NCBI GenBank assembly: GCA_050575255.1
Contig: JBNZDD010013721.1
Location: forward strand, 8,660,055-8,724,054
Length of the DNA stretch: 64,000 nt
Source of the DNA: Harriotta raleighana
Taxonomy: Eukaryota
Direction of reading: 5' to 3'
Part shown: piece by piece, positions 37,101 through 49,872 of the stretch
How positions within the stretch are numbered: the first letter of the stretch is position 1
How the letters are laid out: each line of letters opens with the position of its first letter
Notes under the pieces: model-generated
What the model saw: only the letters and a program-made list of their open reading frames with translations
Told to the model about the DNA's origin: nothing
Databases searched by the model: none
Program-made: the position numbers and the translations under genes

Positions 37101-37705
37101 CTGGCAAACTTTACTCATCTATTTGTACAATCACTAACCTCCTCTTCAGATCAACTGGTTCGCTCCAGCTAGTCTATCCGAATGACGAAATCTTGCATTC
37201 AAGTTTTGCAAACAACCAAAATGTACACAATAACAGCTGATTAGTCCTTACTGTGACACTGATATAATGTCTGCAATTATCTTTGTTTCTAAAGTAATCA
37301 TAGGAAATTAGGACAATTGTTATCTTCTTTTACACCTGGAGTTTTGACATATTTATTCTTAGTATTATTATAGAGGTATTTGATGTGATAACTCAAGTTT
37401 TGTTAAGATGTTAGTTTGACGCTTTGCATGGCAAGAGAATAAAGTTAAGTTAGATGGCATTTCACAGAGCACTGGTAATACAGAGGGCTGGAACACTGTC
37501 CATTCTTGTTTGCGTTTGATAGCAATCTAGACAGATGAAATTTAAAGTGTCCTTTCCTTTCCCCCACCCCACCACATCTCACTCCTCTCTATGAAGAAGC
37601 TAAGTGAAATGAGTTTTGGACAATCTCAACCAAATTGTTCTATCGCAGAAGCCTACTGCATAAAGAATTTGGCATTAACTCTACTCATCTAGGAAATGAG
37701 TTAAT

Positions 37706-37803
37706 ATATAGTCAATTCATTTCACAGTATATTCTGTGAAGCGCTTGGAGATGTCAAGAAAACACGAAAAGCGCTATATCAAATGCAATGATTCTTATTA
37801 TGT
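37706..37803 (+). mobile_element. Main-family SINE/L2 3' tail
   Basis: 'agtcaattcatttcacagtatattctgtgaagcgcttggag...gaaaagcgctatatcaaatgcaatgattcttatta'. Confidence 0.85.
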
Positions 37804-38186
37804 ACTGTATATGGAAAGTTTTGACACAGTATAATGGAAGCATTGTTTGGGTTTGATACCTGCTAAATCCGAAAATAACCTCAATAAGGCATCATTTTTC
37901 CACAAGAAAAGATGGATACAGTTACAGGTATACAGACAGACATGCACACACTTAAACACATGCGCAGACACGCACACTCACACCCTGAACAAGTAACCTC
38001 AATGTACTGTTGGTGTAAGCTGAAAAAGAGCAACTGAATGATAAGAATTGACATTTGGTGTGAGAGCATTCTCATCACTTTCCACAATACATCAAGCTGC
38101 GGAACAACATCAGTTTACATTTACATGGGATTGCAACACTCCTAGAGCATTGGGCATGCAGTAATACAGTATTAATCTTAAAGTTT

Positions 38187-38318
38187 ATAATAATAATCCT
38201 TGTATTTGATATAGCGCTTTTCATGTCTTCTGGACATCTCAAATCGCTTTGTGGTATATACTGTAAAGTTACTTGGCTGTATATATTGTAGATACAGCCC
38301 ATTGCCAGCAGCAATTCC
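38187..38318 (-). mobile_element. Main-family SINE 3' fragment
   Basis: (AAT)n-ccttgtatttgatatagcgcttttcatgtcttctggacatctcaaa. Confidence 0.85.
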
Positions 38319-38660
38319 AATTAATATTAATCACTTTACAAAACAAAAAGATATTTTAAACAAAAGTATTTTCAAATGAATGCATAAGTGTTTGTCATTA
38401 ATCCATATTTCTTGCGTTATCATGATCATGATGATCAATCAACAAACCACCAAGCTAAGACTTGAATCAGTCCCCTTCTTAATTATTAGGTGGGAGGTAT
38501 GGCTTCATCACTGTGAAGCGAGTGTGTAATAAATACAGGTTCTTCTGCAGGTTGCAGCTTGCAGAAGGTCAATATGTTACTGCTCCCCGTAATGTTTGTT
38601 CGCTGATTTTAATCGCTCTCATTTTAATCATGCCAAAAGTAATATGCAATAAATAAGTCC

Positions 38661-38770
38661 TGTGGAGTCCTGTGGTTGGGTCACTCGCCTCGCAAACGTA
38701 GAGGACCTGGGTTTGATTCTCGGGCTGGGTGAAACGATGAGCAAGTGAGGGGGAGTGAAAAGGCTTTTCT
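38661..38770 (+). mobile_element. SINE tRNA-head fragment (main-family variant)
   Basis: 'tgtggagtcctgtggtt..cactcgcctcgcaaacgtagaggacctgggtttgattctcggg..gtgaaacgatgagcaagt'. Confidence 0.75.
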
Positions 38771-41364
38771 ACTTCTCCATCCACAAGTGGAATGATACAG
38801 TTGAACCCGCACCCCCACCCCCCATAACAACACAGTGGTTTGAGATTCATTGAATAAGGCTCCTGTTATAACTGGGTCACGTTTTTTAAAATAACGGCTG
38901 CCAGTCAATGCCTCTGGGTCATCAAGTCAGAAGTGCTCACTCCCACAAGCGTTTCCAATGGTCCTTTTGACATTACCAATGCCCGGAGATGTTCTACAAC
39001 TGAACACTGTGTCAGGAAGCCAGTCAGTCAACGCTGGAAATGTACTAGACATTCATCATCAGAATAATAATAATCCTTCCATTTGATAGAGTGCGTTATC
39101 ACATCTTCGAAACTGCTCAACTGATGTCGTCCCCAGACTCACATTATGCCAAAGGCCATATGACATGGTTTGCTAAACACATCTTTATGAAGATGGATGT
39201 CTTTAAGTAGTTGTTAATAAGCAAACGAGACAACTAAATACTCCACAGTTCATGATGTGAAGTCATTCCTCTTCTGTTTGGGCTTTGAGGGAAAGGATTA
39301 TGTACAGAGGTTCACTAACGGAGATGTAAAGATGACAAGCTTAAGGGATCCACGGATATTTCTACAGAATACTCCCCCAAGATATTAAAGGGGGTTTTAT
39401 GGTAGATATCAGAAGGGCATTTCAGAGATTCATGGTACATCCTGCTTTATCTTAGTCATATTTCCTTTTGATTCCTCTCCGGATAAAGTGCTTTGTATGA
39501 CCCTGGAAGCTTGAGAAGGTTTCAAGAAAAATGAGTCAACTAAAGGGTTTTGCATTAAAGCCGTTCGCTTCTCTGAACAGTGAAGCAAATTTGTTCCAGA
39601 ATGTGTAAACTTTCATGAGGGATTTAGCAATATCCGGAGTGAGTTCACTAACTGCCCACAACCATTCCGATTGTTCACTTAATAAAGACAACCATCTTGC
39701 CTGCAATGAATGAACAATGTTTTAATGCATTTGGGGCTTTTGACAAAACAGTGGTACATCTGTTCACAAAAATAGTCATATTTGTCCCTTCAAGAGATTG
39801 GCAGTGTTTCATGTTACCTCTCTGTGCTGTGCATTATTAATGTGCTTATTGATCGATCCTTCGAGCAGATTGATTAGTTCCAGGCCATTTCTTCGGTTAA
39901 CTGTGGTTCAATGATACTGTATACGGATGAAAAAGGGAAATACTGAAAGGATCTTTTCCATTCTTCCTGCTGCTATTCAGACCCCAAATTCTGATTTTCA
40001 AAGCACGTCTCTCTTTATTCCACCTGAAAGATTGTGACAGTGCAAGCAAATGTTAAATTTCAGTACAACTCGAAATGTTTTCTATTAATAGCCTCACACT
40101 AAATTTTATGGTGAAGGTCAATCATGTGAGAGTTTACAAGGCAAGTAACGCCACACAAAAGCCTTTAAAGTTATAAGACACTGCACAGCTCAAACTATAC
40201 ACCCACATTTATTGATTTAATTTGTACAGAAGAGTATTTGGCCTCCCCACTCTCTTCGAATAATTAATATTTACTTTTCTCCTATCTGGTATCTCCTCTA
40301 TATTAGCTGTATGTGCAAGTGACTGTAGTCTAGTAAAAAAGAATGCCACTGTTTCTTCTGTGAATGAATGGAGCTGTGTTTTCTGGCTTCTCACCTCAAG
40401 GATATAGCACTTTTAGAAAACTTGCCTTTTTTAGAAAAGTATTTTATTCTTCATCTGCAGCCTACTGCAGGTTTGGCTATAAAGCTTTTTTTTGTTAGAA
40501 TTATGAAGTCAGCAATGTGGTTTCATGGGGTCTTTAGTCTTTCAGGGATTGAGCTGGCTTTGAGGTGACTCGCTGGGCAATAAAATCTAGAAATTGAGTT
40601 GACCTGTCAGAGTCAGAGATTCTTAACACTCGGCTCCTGTAAACTCGACAAGGTAAAGCTCTTAACAGGTAGGGTGGTCCTCAATGCAGAAGTTTGCTAG
40701 AAAAAAAGAAATGAGGACTAAAGAACAGGGAACAGAAGCCCCATTGCAGGCTCTTATCAACCATTATAAGCAAATGCTGTTTTTAAATCATTTCCTAATT
40801 TATTTAAGGCCAGGAGAAAAAGCTATAAACGAATGCATCTCAAAGAAACGGGCGTTCTTTGAATTGGGATTTTACATCTTGAAGTCATAGGGAGTTCATA
40901 TTGCATTTCCATTTATATGGAATAGATCAAGGACAAATTCTTCACAAAAAAAATTCATCGTAGAATTTTTATCCAAATTGTACTAAAACTCTACAAATCG
41001 ATTTTTTTTTCATGAGGAAATAATGAAACCTTTTATATGGTACTTATTGACACTTGTAGGTAGTGTCGGGATATAATGAGTACAACCCTCTAATCTGCCA
41101 GCCAAGCTTGCAATCAATGTTGTCATCTGTATTTCCACCTTTTAGAAGTTTAAGCTCACTTCATCCTGCCAAATCACACCCACGCTGGATGCTCACATAG
41201 TTAGATGATTAAATTAGACAATACAATACTGGTTGTAGGGCTTACTGTGACTGTAGACCAAAGTAATATCTGGAAATGGATTAGTCACTGTACAGAAAAT
41301 CAGTCTGTTGAAGCTCACAACACATTTATTTAACTAAAATCACTTTTAAGGTATAAAAATGTTT

Positions 41365-41640
41365 TACAGAATTATACAGCACAAAAGGAGACCATTCGCC
41401 CATCATGTCTTTGCCAGCTCTTTGAAAAGAGCTGTCCAAATCAATCCCACTCCTCTGCTCTCTCCCCATCGCCCTGCAAACCTGTCCTCCCCAAATTATT
41501 ATTTACTTCTCTCTTAAAAGTGGTACTGAATCGACTTTCACCAACCTTTCAGCCAATGCCTTCCAGATCCTAGCAACTCACTGTGTGAAAACATTTCTGC
41601 TCACCTCCCCTCTATTTCTTTTCACAACTATTTTAAATGG
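41365..41640 (-). mobile_element. CR1 LINE 3' end (second subfamily)
   Basis: The minus strand encodes 'FHTVSC.DLEGIG.KVGESRFSTTFKREV', a frameshifted form of 'F.QRVV..W.ALP..VVE..S...FK'. The UTR is shared with 18578-18755. Confidence 0.85.
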
Positions 41641-42364
41641 TTTCATGGATCCTTGCTCCGAATGAATAATTGAATCATTTTACATCAGTTGAACTAATAT
41701 TCTGTTGTCTTCAATCAAGAAAGCAGGTTCAGGCCCGGATCTGACTATTAGTTAATTCTCAATTAAAAGTAAGTGAAAGTTGGCGTGTTGCATTAAGAGA
41801 AATGTTATGATTGAATAATTGGGAGTAGTGACACATCGGTGCTGAATTAGGTTGTGAATGAATAGAACATGGTTGAGCTGGCTCCATATGGTACAGAGAA
41901 TGAGTTAAGCAATAGTTGCTCTCCAGTGGAAAATGTGCTTGCCTCAAAAAAATGTGCTACAGTATTATAATGTTCACAGAGGTGATGAATCTGACAGCTA
42001 AGGAATGCCTGTTTAAATTCTCCAATGCCAAATTGGACCACTGCAGTATACAAATGCTGTACATCATTATTATATATGTATTTTAATACTAATTAGGATG
42101 AAAACCCAATTTGGACTTCAAGGTCAGGCAAGCCATTATGTGCTAATTAGCCCTCCCGAGATTGTCTAATCACAGCAATTCAGTTCGACCAGCCTCAAAG
42201 ATCTCATGACATTACTTATGTCTACTCTATTTAAGAAGCATATTTCATAGACTATTACAGTGCGGACATTCACAGAATCTTCCATTCATCTTTCACCGCA
42301 TCTGTGTCTGGAAGTGTATCCTGTAGTGTGCAAGTGTGTCTTTTTCCTAAAAGGGAACAGTGTT

Positions 42365-42436
42365 TTTGAGCACTCGGAGACGCTACTCTGCATGGAGGGC
42401 GCTAAATAAGTGCAAGTTGTTTTTGTTGTTGTTGTG
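42365..42436 (+). mobile_element. L2-type 3' tail, (GTT)n variant
   Basis: 'gagcactcggagacgc..ggagggcgctaaataagtgcaagttgtttttgttgttgttg'. Confidence 0.75.
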
Positions 42437-43170
42437 GTAGCATATAGTATTGAGAAACCTATCATTGATCACCACCTCTGGGACGTATTGGACCCTCTTT
42501 GACTGAAAGTCTTTGATGCAGGTTCTCGTCTCAGTTCTAAATGTCGAGTTTGACAATTGGAAGGAAAGTGCCACGGTGAGGCATGATTTATTGTATATTT
42601 ATTTCACAGTATGTTTAGTTTTGAGCGTCCAGTAGAAATAGCACTTGGAGTTTAAACTCACCTACAAAAATACAGTCACCACACTTTACATCTCGTGAAG
42701 ATTCTTTACAGTATGTTGTTATTTGAAGTCCGAAGGTTCAGACTGCCTCTTCAAATTCAAATGATTTGAATCCAAAGTATGATATTAAAAATTCTACTGA
42801 GAATGGAGGAGGGTTTCTCCTGAACTATTAGAAATCCAATCCCAGTGACTGAGAGCCCATTAGGATTACCACAAAAATAGATTGAATGGGTCTCTTTGAA
42901 GGGTTTAGTGGAAGAATACACCATCTGGTGTCACACTGAGGCATACAATCTGTTTGCAAGAAATTACAACTGGTTTCAGATTTACTTTATTGAGGGAGCG
43001 TTTTTGAGCATCAACAATTTGGCAAATGGATAAATTCCATCTTAACTTTAGAGTCTGAAATACATCCTTTGTTTTTGAGCCCATTTTCTGTAATTTTCTT
43101 TTAAGACATACAGAGAAAAAAAACAGCTTAAAGGTTTATTGCTGAATTCTAGATTTAGTGGAAAGTTCCA

Positions 43171-43429
43171 TAATAATAATCCTTGCATTTGATACAGCGC
43201 ATTTCACACCTTCTAGATGTCTCAAAGCGCTTCACAGAATATACTGTAAAATGAATTGACTGTACATATGTGGGCGAAAGGAGCAGCCAATTTGAGCACA
43301 GCAGTGTCACACAGACAGTCGTGGAACTAAAATGACCAAATTATTCATTTTTATTTTGAGGGATTATTATCAGACGTGTGGGGTAAGGAAGGTTTTGCCC
43401 TACTGGGAATTGAACCCAGGTCTTTCGCT
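43171..43429 (-). mobile_element. Near full-length main-family SINE
   Basis: Tail, core and B box (gaattgaacccagg) are present; the A-box end is missing. Confidence 0.9.
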
Positions 43430-43463
43430 AAATGTAGATGCAGATGGAATTTCTCCTCATTTA

Positions 43464-43520
43464 GGGTTCCAAATTGAATTCCCGCTCTGTGCTGAGTTAC
43501 ACAATCTTAACCAGTGGCTC
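43464..43520 (+). mobile_element. LF-SINE-like 5' fragment
   Basis: 'ggttccaaattgaattcccgctctgtgctgagttacacaatcttaaccagtggc' resembles the recalled 'GGTCCCAGGTTCGATCCCCGGTCTGTGCTGAGTTAGCTGATCTCAGCCGGGGC'. Confidence 0.5.
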
Positions 43521-43646
43521 CTCAGTATAGTTCAGCAAAAATATGACAAGCAAATTACCTGATTGTTATCTAGTCACCTCCATATTGAAGAGTGCAATAT
43601 TTGTGGACATTGAGCAAAGTCACAATCAGATTAACCTGTGAAACAA

Positions 43647-43820
43647 TCTCTCCCCTCACTCCACCAACCCCCACCACTCCCCCGCCCGCCCACCCGCCCT
43701 CACCCCACTAATTTTCCACACTCTTCCCTTCCCCCTCCCCATCCTCTCCCCCTCCTCCCTCCATCCAATACCTCTCCATCCACTGTCTTCCTCCACCCCA
43801 TCCTACCCCCATCCATTCCC
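43647..43820. repeat. C-rich low-complexity tract
   Basis: Many C3-C5 runs. This tract produces the spurious Pro-rich ORF 43638-43958. Confidence 0.85.
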
Positions 43821-44609
43821 AAACAGTTTAACAGTCTGCCCACCTTGCACCATTGTTTCCATAATGCACAACATTTGTATAAAATATTGGTGTGTTTTTT
43901 ATCCCCCCTGAAACCAGCCCTGCCAAGTAGAGTGCAGTATATGTCGAGTTTGGTATAGCTTTACATTTTTTTTTTCTTGACAATCGAGTCAGAGCTGCTG
44001 TGTACTTTGTCTTCTAGTGACAGAAATCCATTCCTGTGTAAAACTTGGCACCTCTAATCTGTCAGTGAATCTCTGATTTGCTGGCACTAATACCCATGTG
44101 GACATGCGGAGCCTCCAAACATCTCCTTGTCCTTAACAATAGTGAGCTCATACCTGGCGCTCACTCTGTCACTTTCTTATTATCCTCTTGCCTCCATTCA
44201 TCTCGCAGTCAATGCAATCTGTATCCTCAGATGTCTCGGTGAAGACTTTTTGTTCAGAAGATCTATTACAAATGCATCCATCATACTACTGCCTATCATA
44301 GACTCACTGTAAACTACTGCATTAGAGGTAAACTCAGTACAATGATGCACTGTTGGCGTTTTCCATTAATTTCAGGGCTCTTCATGGATGAGAATCAAAA
44401 AGGAGAACAAAAATAATGAAAATTGAATATTGTGGAGTAAAATGTAAGTTTTTTTTTTAGCTATACTGTAACCATAAATCCCTAAGCCAGCAGATGGAGG
44501 CACTCAGTCAAGTAAAGCATTGCAAATAATATTCCTTCCATTTGATATAATAACAATAAATTATGGTTGTCTTTGGTATTGTACCTTTCATATCACGATA
44601 ATGTGAATA

Positions 44610-44720
44610 GAGGCGTGTGGAGAAAGGAAACTTGTTTATGGTTTCACCCTCCCAGGAATCAATCCCAGTTCCTCTCGCTTACGGGCGAGTGCTCTAATCA
44701 ATAGACAACAGGACTCCACA
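44610..44720 (-). mobile_element. SINE tRNA-head fragment (main-family variant)
   Basis: The minus strand reads tgtggagtcctgttgtctattgattagagcactcgcccgtaagcgagaggaactgggattgattcctggg. Confidence 0.8.
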
Positions 44721-45241
44721 TTCACAGGTGATCTATGTGTTCAGTCAAGGCTGGGTTCATGGCACAAACTTTAGAAGCTGAGGTAGTTTGTGTTCTAGCT
44801 CATTGCAACTGCCATCTAAAAATGTCATTGCAATATAGTGTCCTGGTCTGGAGCGAATAACTAAAACATACAAAGTTTCCCTGAATTACTACACCCTGAA
44901 AAAAAAAACATTTGAGCAGACAACGACAAGGCAAACAAAATATTTTAGAGGGGAAAAAAAATACAACGTTTTCATGACTGGTATAAAGCTGGGATGAAAG
45001 CCAATCTCTGGGGAGAGTAAATATTCATATCCATCCACTGAAGCTGCTTAACCAAAGTTTTACTCCTAGATCTGAACAAAGTTGAAACTTGCTATATTTA
45101 CGCCACTCATTGTCTATGTGATGCTGAAAAAGTATCTGAGTAAAGTAAAAAGCAAGATTTTTTTTAAAAAGCCTGGGAAGCAAATGGGAAGGGAATGAAC
45201 TTGTTGAAAATCTTGTTTGCTGTTGTAATGGGTAGATACAT

Positions 45242-45462
45242 TAGAATACAATAGAATATACAGCACATGAATAGGCCATTCAACCCAACTGGTCTGTGTC
45301 AGTGTTTATGCTCCATATGAACCTTCTCCTGCCCTTCCTCAACTAAGCCCATCAGCATAACCTTCTATTCCTTTCTCCCTGATACAACTATCTAGCTTCC
45401 CCTTAAATTCATCTATGTGATTTGCCTCGACAACGCCTTGTGCTGAAGGCAGCCTATTTCTA
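45242..45462 (-). mobile_element. CR1 LINE 3' end
   Basis: ORF 45339-45521 ends 'NRLPSAQGVVEANHIDEFKGKLDSCIREKGIEGY', the CR1 ORF2 C-terminus. The UTR ends in attcta-like repeats. Confidence 0.9.
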
Positions 45463-47589
45463 GAAGGATGAGATGAAATGGGCTGAAGGCCTTTACTGTC
45501 CATTCCTCTTTCATGCAGCAAAGGACACCCCCACTACTGACAGAATTCACTTCAAAGAGCTGGATTAATTCTTTGGCCTTTTTTTTATTAGATATTGTCT
45601 GTAAGTTAGTAAATTGCTGTAAAATAAGGTTTGGTGTGAAGTACCCCACAAAGTATTTTCCTGCGGATTTGTTGGTGTTCATCAATTCGCTGGTTCTGAT
45701 ATTTTGGGGCGAGTGGATGTAAAAATAATGATATTTTCTTAACAGGTTCACGAGATGAACCGTCGTGCCCTTGCCTCAGTAATCCAGCTACGGGTCGGAT
45801 GAGGAGAGTAGATGAAAAATTGAAAATGCGGAGTCAGAAAAGGGAGAGGGCCTCAAATTTACTTCACTTCCCACCAAATTTTAGTTTTATTTCCTCTGTG
45901 TTACATTGGTTCCCTTACAAAGGCAAAATTGGAAGCACAGAATGGCTCAGGTGAGCAGCTTTATTCCTCTGCTACTCATCGCGAGCATCACAGACACCCG
46001 TCCATTCCAACAGTGATCAATGTGGTTCTACCCTCCGGGGACTGAGCAGGACTGAGAGAGTAATGAATTGCTGTGTTCAACAATCCATTCACATGGATTC
46101 ATTGTAGGTTCAATCCCGACCCTTTGAAAACAGACAAATTCTTTGTGGAATGCAATCAAAGATGGGAGCGAGGCTGGCGTTTTGCTCAATACTGAAATCA
46201 CGGTTATCGATATTGGTTCTGGCTGGGAAAGAGTTGTCGGTGACAACTCGTGTTGAATCTGTGTAGATCTGCCCGTTTCAGCTTGTACTCAGGCATTGAT
46301 TTGCTAAATTGAATGCAGCTCCCCAATTAAGCAGCTAATTCTACACAGAAATACCATGTATTTTTCTTTCGTTCCCAAGTAATTTATTGTCTGGATGGGA
46401 TTATACCTCGAGCTGATATAGAACCATTAGAACATTATCCTGTTTACTACCATTATCTGAATACAGGGTATTATTGTGCCAAAAAAAACTATTGCAGTCC
46501 CAAGAATGAAACTTTTAATCTGTTTATTGCTGCATAAACTCTCTTTTCTACAAGGTTGATTATGGTGGCGACAAACCAACATATCTTGCCACTTAAATGA
46601 GCTGAAATCACAGGATTTTTATACTGCTAAGAGTATATATATATATATTTATATAGAATGGAAGAATGAATGATTGAAATGAGTCCCACAGAGATCACAG
46701 AATTGGTTTGGTTCAGATAAAAAGTAAATTTCTAGGTTGTCCATGGAAGAACCTTACTACTGCTTGACATCGAACCTGCCCTGAAATCAGCACGTATAGA
46801 CACAGGGGCCAAATCCACCACAAGGTCTGCCAGGACTGATCTTGTTGAAATTGCATGTCATATAAGACACAATTATTCCATCAAGATAACCATATAATGC
46901 ACTTTTTCCCCTCCCTGAAAATCCGGAGTGGGAACCGTCACTATAGCTGAACAAAACAAACCTCGGGAATGCTCAAAGTAAATGGATAACAGTTGAACAG
47001 CTAAAACAGTTGTAGCAATATGGGATAACACGTGTTCCGGACCTTATCAGCTACAAAACATCTGTTTTAGTTGCATTGCACACATCAAACAACCACAGCG
47101 CTGCACTCGTCCATAGTGATTTTAAGGTGGTTGCGTAATTACAAACGTCATAGTGTGTTCCAAACTTCAGGCAATCCGAACATCATCTTTGAGGCTTTCG
47201 TTCTTAATTGTTTATTTCTCCCCTTTGTTTGCCCGCCACACACTCTCTAACAGTATGAGCTCCCCCACACATCTTCCATTGCTGCCTTTTGAGCCACACT
47301 CTCTCAGGAGGCTTGTGAGAGGTCGTGAGTCAGAGGATGCTCGTGATCCTCAGGATGTTTTTCTCCTCTATCAGAGCTGACTGTCATCACCATCGGATAA
47401 TCCAGATCGGATTGGGATCTCAACACCACTACAGCAAGGTAAACCGAGGTAAGACTAATTGACACATCACCACAATGACATGAACAACAAACAGTCTGAA
47501 GTTGAAAAAAAATTGAATAATGGTACACTTTCTCTCTCATATCCCTAATTGATTTCTTCGTCAAAGAGCTATTTTACATAAGTTTGGGT

Positions 47590-47810
47590 AGGGTTATATG
47601 GTTATACAGAAACAGACCAATCTGTTCTGTGCCAATGTGTACACTACAGATGAGCCCTATCCCACCTATTCTCCACTCCTGTACTCCTCTATTTCCTTCT
47701 CCCTTACGTTTTCTCCTGCTGCTGTTTGCTTCAACCACAGCGTCCGGCATTGAGATGAACATTTTCATAGCACCCTCTAACAGGAATTTCCTTTTGCATT
47801 TTGCTAACAC
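47590..47810 (-). mobile_element. CR1 LINE 3' end (decayed)
   Basis: Encodes 'KRKFLLEGAMKMFISMPDAVVEAN..KGEGNRG', followed by a CR1-like UTR. Confidence 0.7.
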
Positions 47811-47954
47811 AATCTATTTCCACCACCTTACTGGATTGTCAGTCTATTCCACGTATTCACGGTTGAATGTCACACAAAAGCCAACAATTACGGTGTAATA
47901 CGCTTCATTGCTGCCATGGCTAATATCAAACCTCTGAGTCTCTAAGCACTCATA

Positions 47955-48028
47955 CCTAAGTGCTCTGAGAGGCGGTGGGAGGAGGGTGGGGGGCGGGGGG
48001 CGCTCTTTATAAATGCAAGTTGTTGTTG
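47955..48028 (+). mobile_element. L2-type 3' tail, (GTT)n variant
   Basis: 'aagtgctctgaga...gggcgctctttataaatgcaagttgttgttg'. Confidence 0.7.
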
Positions 48029-48827
48029 AGTCGCTAAGATTCGGTTCCATACTGCACAATTTTGGAATTTCTGAAAGATATATCAGCCACATGTAATCAA
48101 ACCAGCCCTGCTTAAAATTTATCTCTGTGGGTGGTGAAGCTCACAGGTCGTGTTTTTGTGTTTTAAACATACAGATTAATTTGTATTTATTTTACCTTTT
48201 TGGAGGAAGTTTATTGTCCAGAAACACAGGTGATGGTAGCAGTCTGGTTTATGAAATTGATGGCCAGTACACGCAACATATTTTTTAGATTTTGGCTAAT
48301 ACTGGAATAAGATTTACAGCACACGATTTATATAAAAATCTTTTTTTTTCCCCAGTCAGGTTTACTATCTTGGTCATTCACAAACGACAGTGATGTTATT
48401 GATGAGCTCAGTTGTTGCTCAGTTGCACAGAAATGTTTCCTTCCAAAACACTTTGCATTATTAAATGTCAGAAGGCGTTCAAGCATATTGAGTATACTTA
48501 ACTCACAATTGATCTGCGACAAAGCAAATTTGATGAAAAATTGGGTTGTTCATTTATTCTGATACAGCCATAAAAATAGTAACTCCTTTATCGAGGGAGA
48601 GAGGGAAGGGGGTAGGGAGGAAGGTAGGGAGGGGGTAAGATAAAATGGACAGAATGCAACAGCATGCTCTGTGCAGATTACTGCCAGCTCCCTGAAACTC
48701 AAAGCATAAAGATTACCCTGGTGACATTTTAGTGTCCCCTTTGCTAATTCATCTGTCAATCAAATGCATGAGTACACTAAAAACAATCCAATACAGCAGA
48801 ACAGGATAACGCATTATCTCGGAAACT

Positions 48828-48841
48828 GTTTCTATGGCAAC
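48828..48841. promoter_or_regulatory. RFX X-box motif
   Basis: GTTTCTATGGCAAC closely matches the palindromic X-box GTTGCCATGGCAAC and lies in repeat-free sequence. Confidence 0.45.
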
Positions 48842-49327
48842 ATCGTGAATTGTAAAGACAATAATTATTCAACGCTGTCTCGTAAGTAATAAGATATGAG
48901 TATTGCATTTGCTGGAGGTAAAGGGTCAACCCTGAGTTGATTTCTCATTTAACACTTGCTTCATTTTCACTTCTATTTTCAATCTTGTGAGTTGCGGTAA
49001 AAGTTTTTTGGGGGTCAATTTTTTGATTTATTCGACGGGCAGAAACAAATTGCCAAACTGACGTACTCTGAAGTGAGGCGTTGGAAACCTCGATGTGAAT
49101 AAATAACCTCACTTTTATTCAAATATCAACTATTTACCATTTCAATTTAGCGCATCCCTCCCCAAAGTGTTTGTGATAACGAGTGTGGAGATATCTCTCC
49201 AGGTGTATGGATTGTTGGGTCTCTGGAGAACTGCATTCATTGCTTGGTAATCTTCTGCGTAAATAGACAGTCGCATGGGATTGACGACTACGCCACTCAA
49301 AATGGTTTGGTACGCAAATGTAATTCT

Positions 49328-49351
49328 GTTGTTGTTGTTGTTGTTGTTGTT
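49328..49351 (+). repeat. (GTT)n run, probably a retroposon tail
   Basis: Preceded by 'caaatgtaattct', like the other (GTT) tails. Confidence 0.8.
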
Positions 49352-49872
49352 GCTACATACCCACACACGGGTGAAACTGCTCTGTTAACCTTGGCAAGAT
49401 GTAAACGCCGAACTGTAATGCTTCGAATTTTTTGGGGTCTCCTCTGCGAATTATTTTCAGCAACTGCATTTTGTAAAACCTTGGAGCACTGGCTGAGGTT
49501 ATGCATACATTAAGGAGCTTGCCATTTCGAAAGGCCACACGGTAAAAGGGAAGATTTTATCATCTGTCTTGATCCAAAAAGTGAGTAACGCTTGCACTAA
49601 CAACTTTTTATTTATTTTTAATTGCGGTCAGTGTAGCTTTAAACAGTAGAGATCTGATTTCTACTCCAGACAGCTTGTATTTAACACAATTGATGGGAAA
49701 ACTGGTGATGTTCATTCCATTTCTGCCCTCTCCTTCAGTGACAATTAGACACATGTTATGAAGAGTTACGGCAGGCAGGAAGATTCTGCCGAAACTAATC
49801 AAAGATGTGGGCTGACTACAATCCAGTCACCGGCAGAGCACACTTGAGAAACAATGAGATGTGGGAACACAC

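Noticed and set aside
43638-43958. Proline-rich 106-aa ORF
   Set aside because: It is a by-product of the C-rich low-complexity tract.
44486-44502. CTCF-like motif gccagcagatggaggca
   Set aside because: It is a single imperfect match with no supporting context.
45746-45950. 205-nt exon candidate with one open frame (taacag|...CAG|gtgagc)
   Set aside because: The peptide is unrecognisable, the length is not a multiple of three, and the composition looks intronic in the 3' half.
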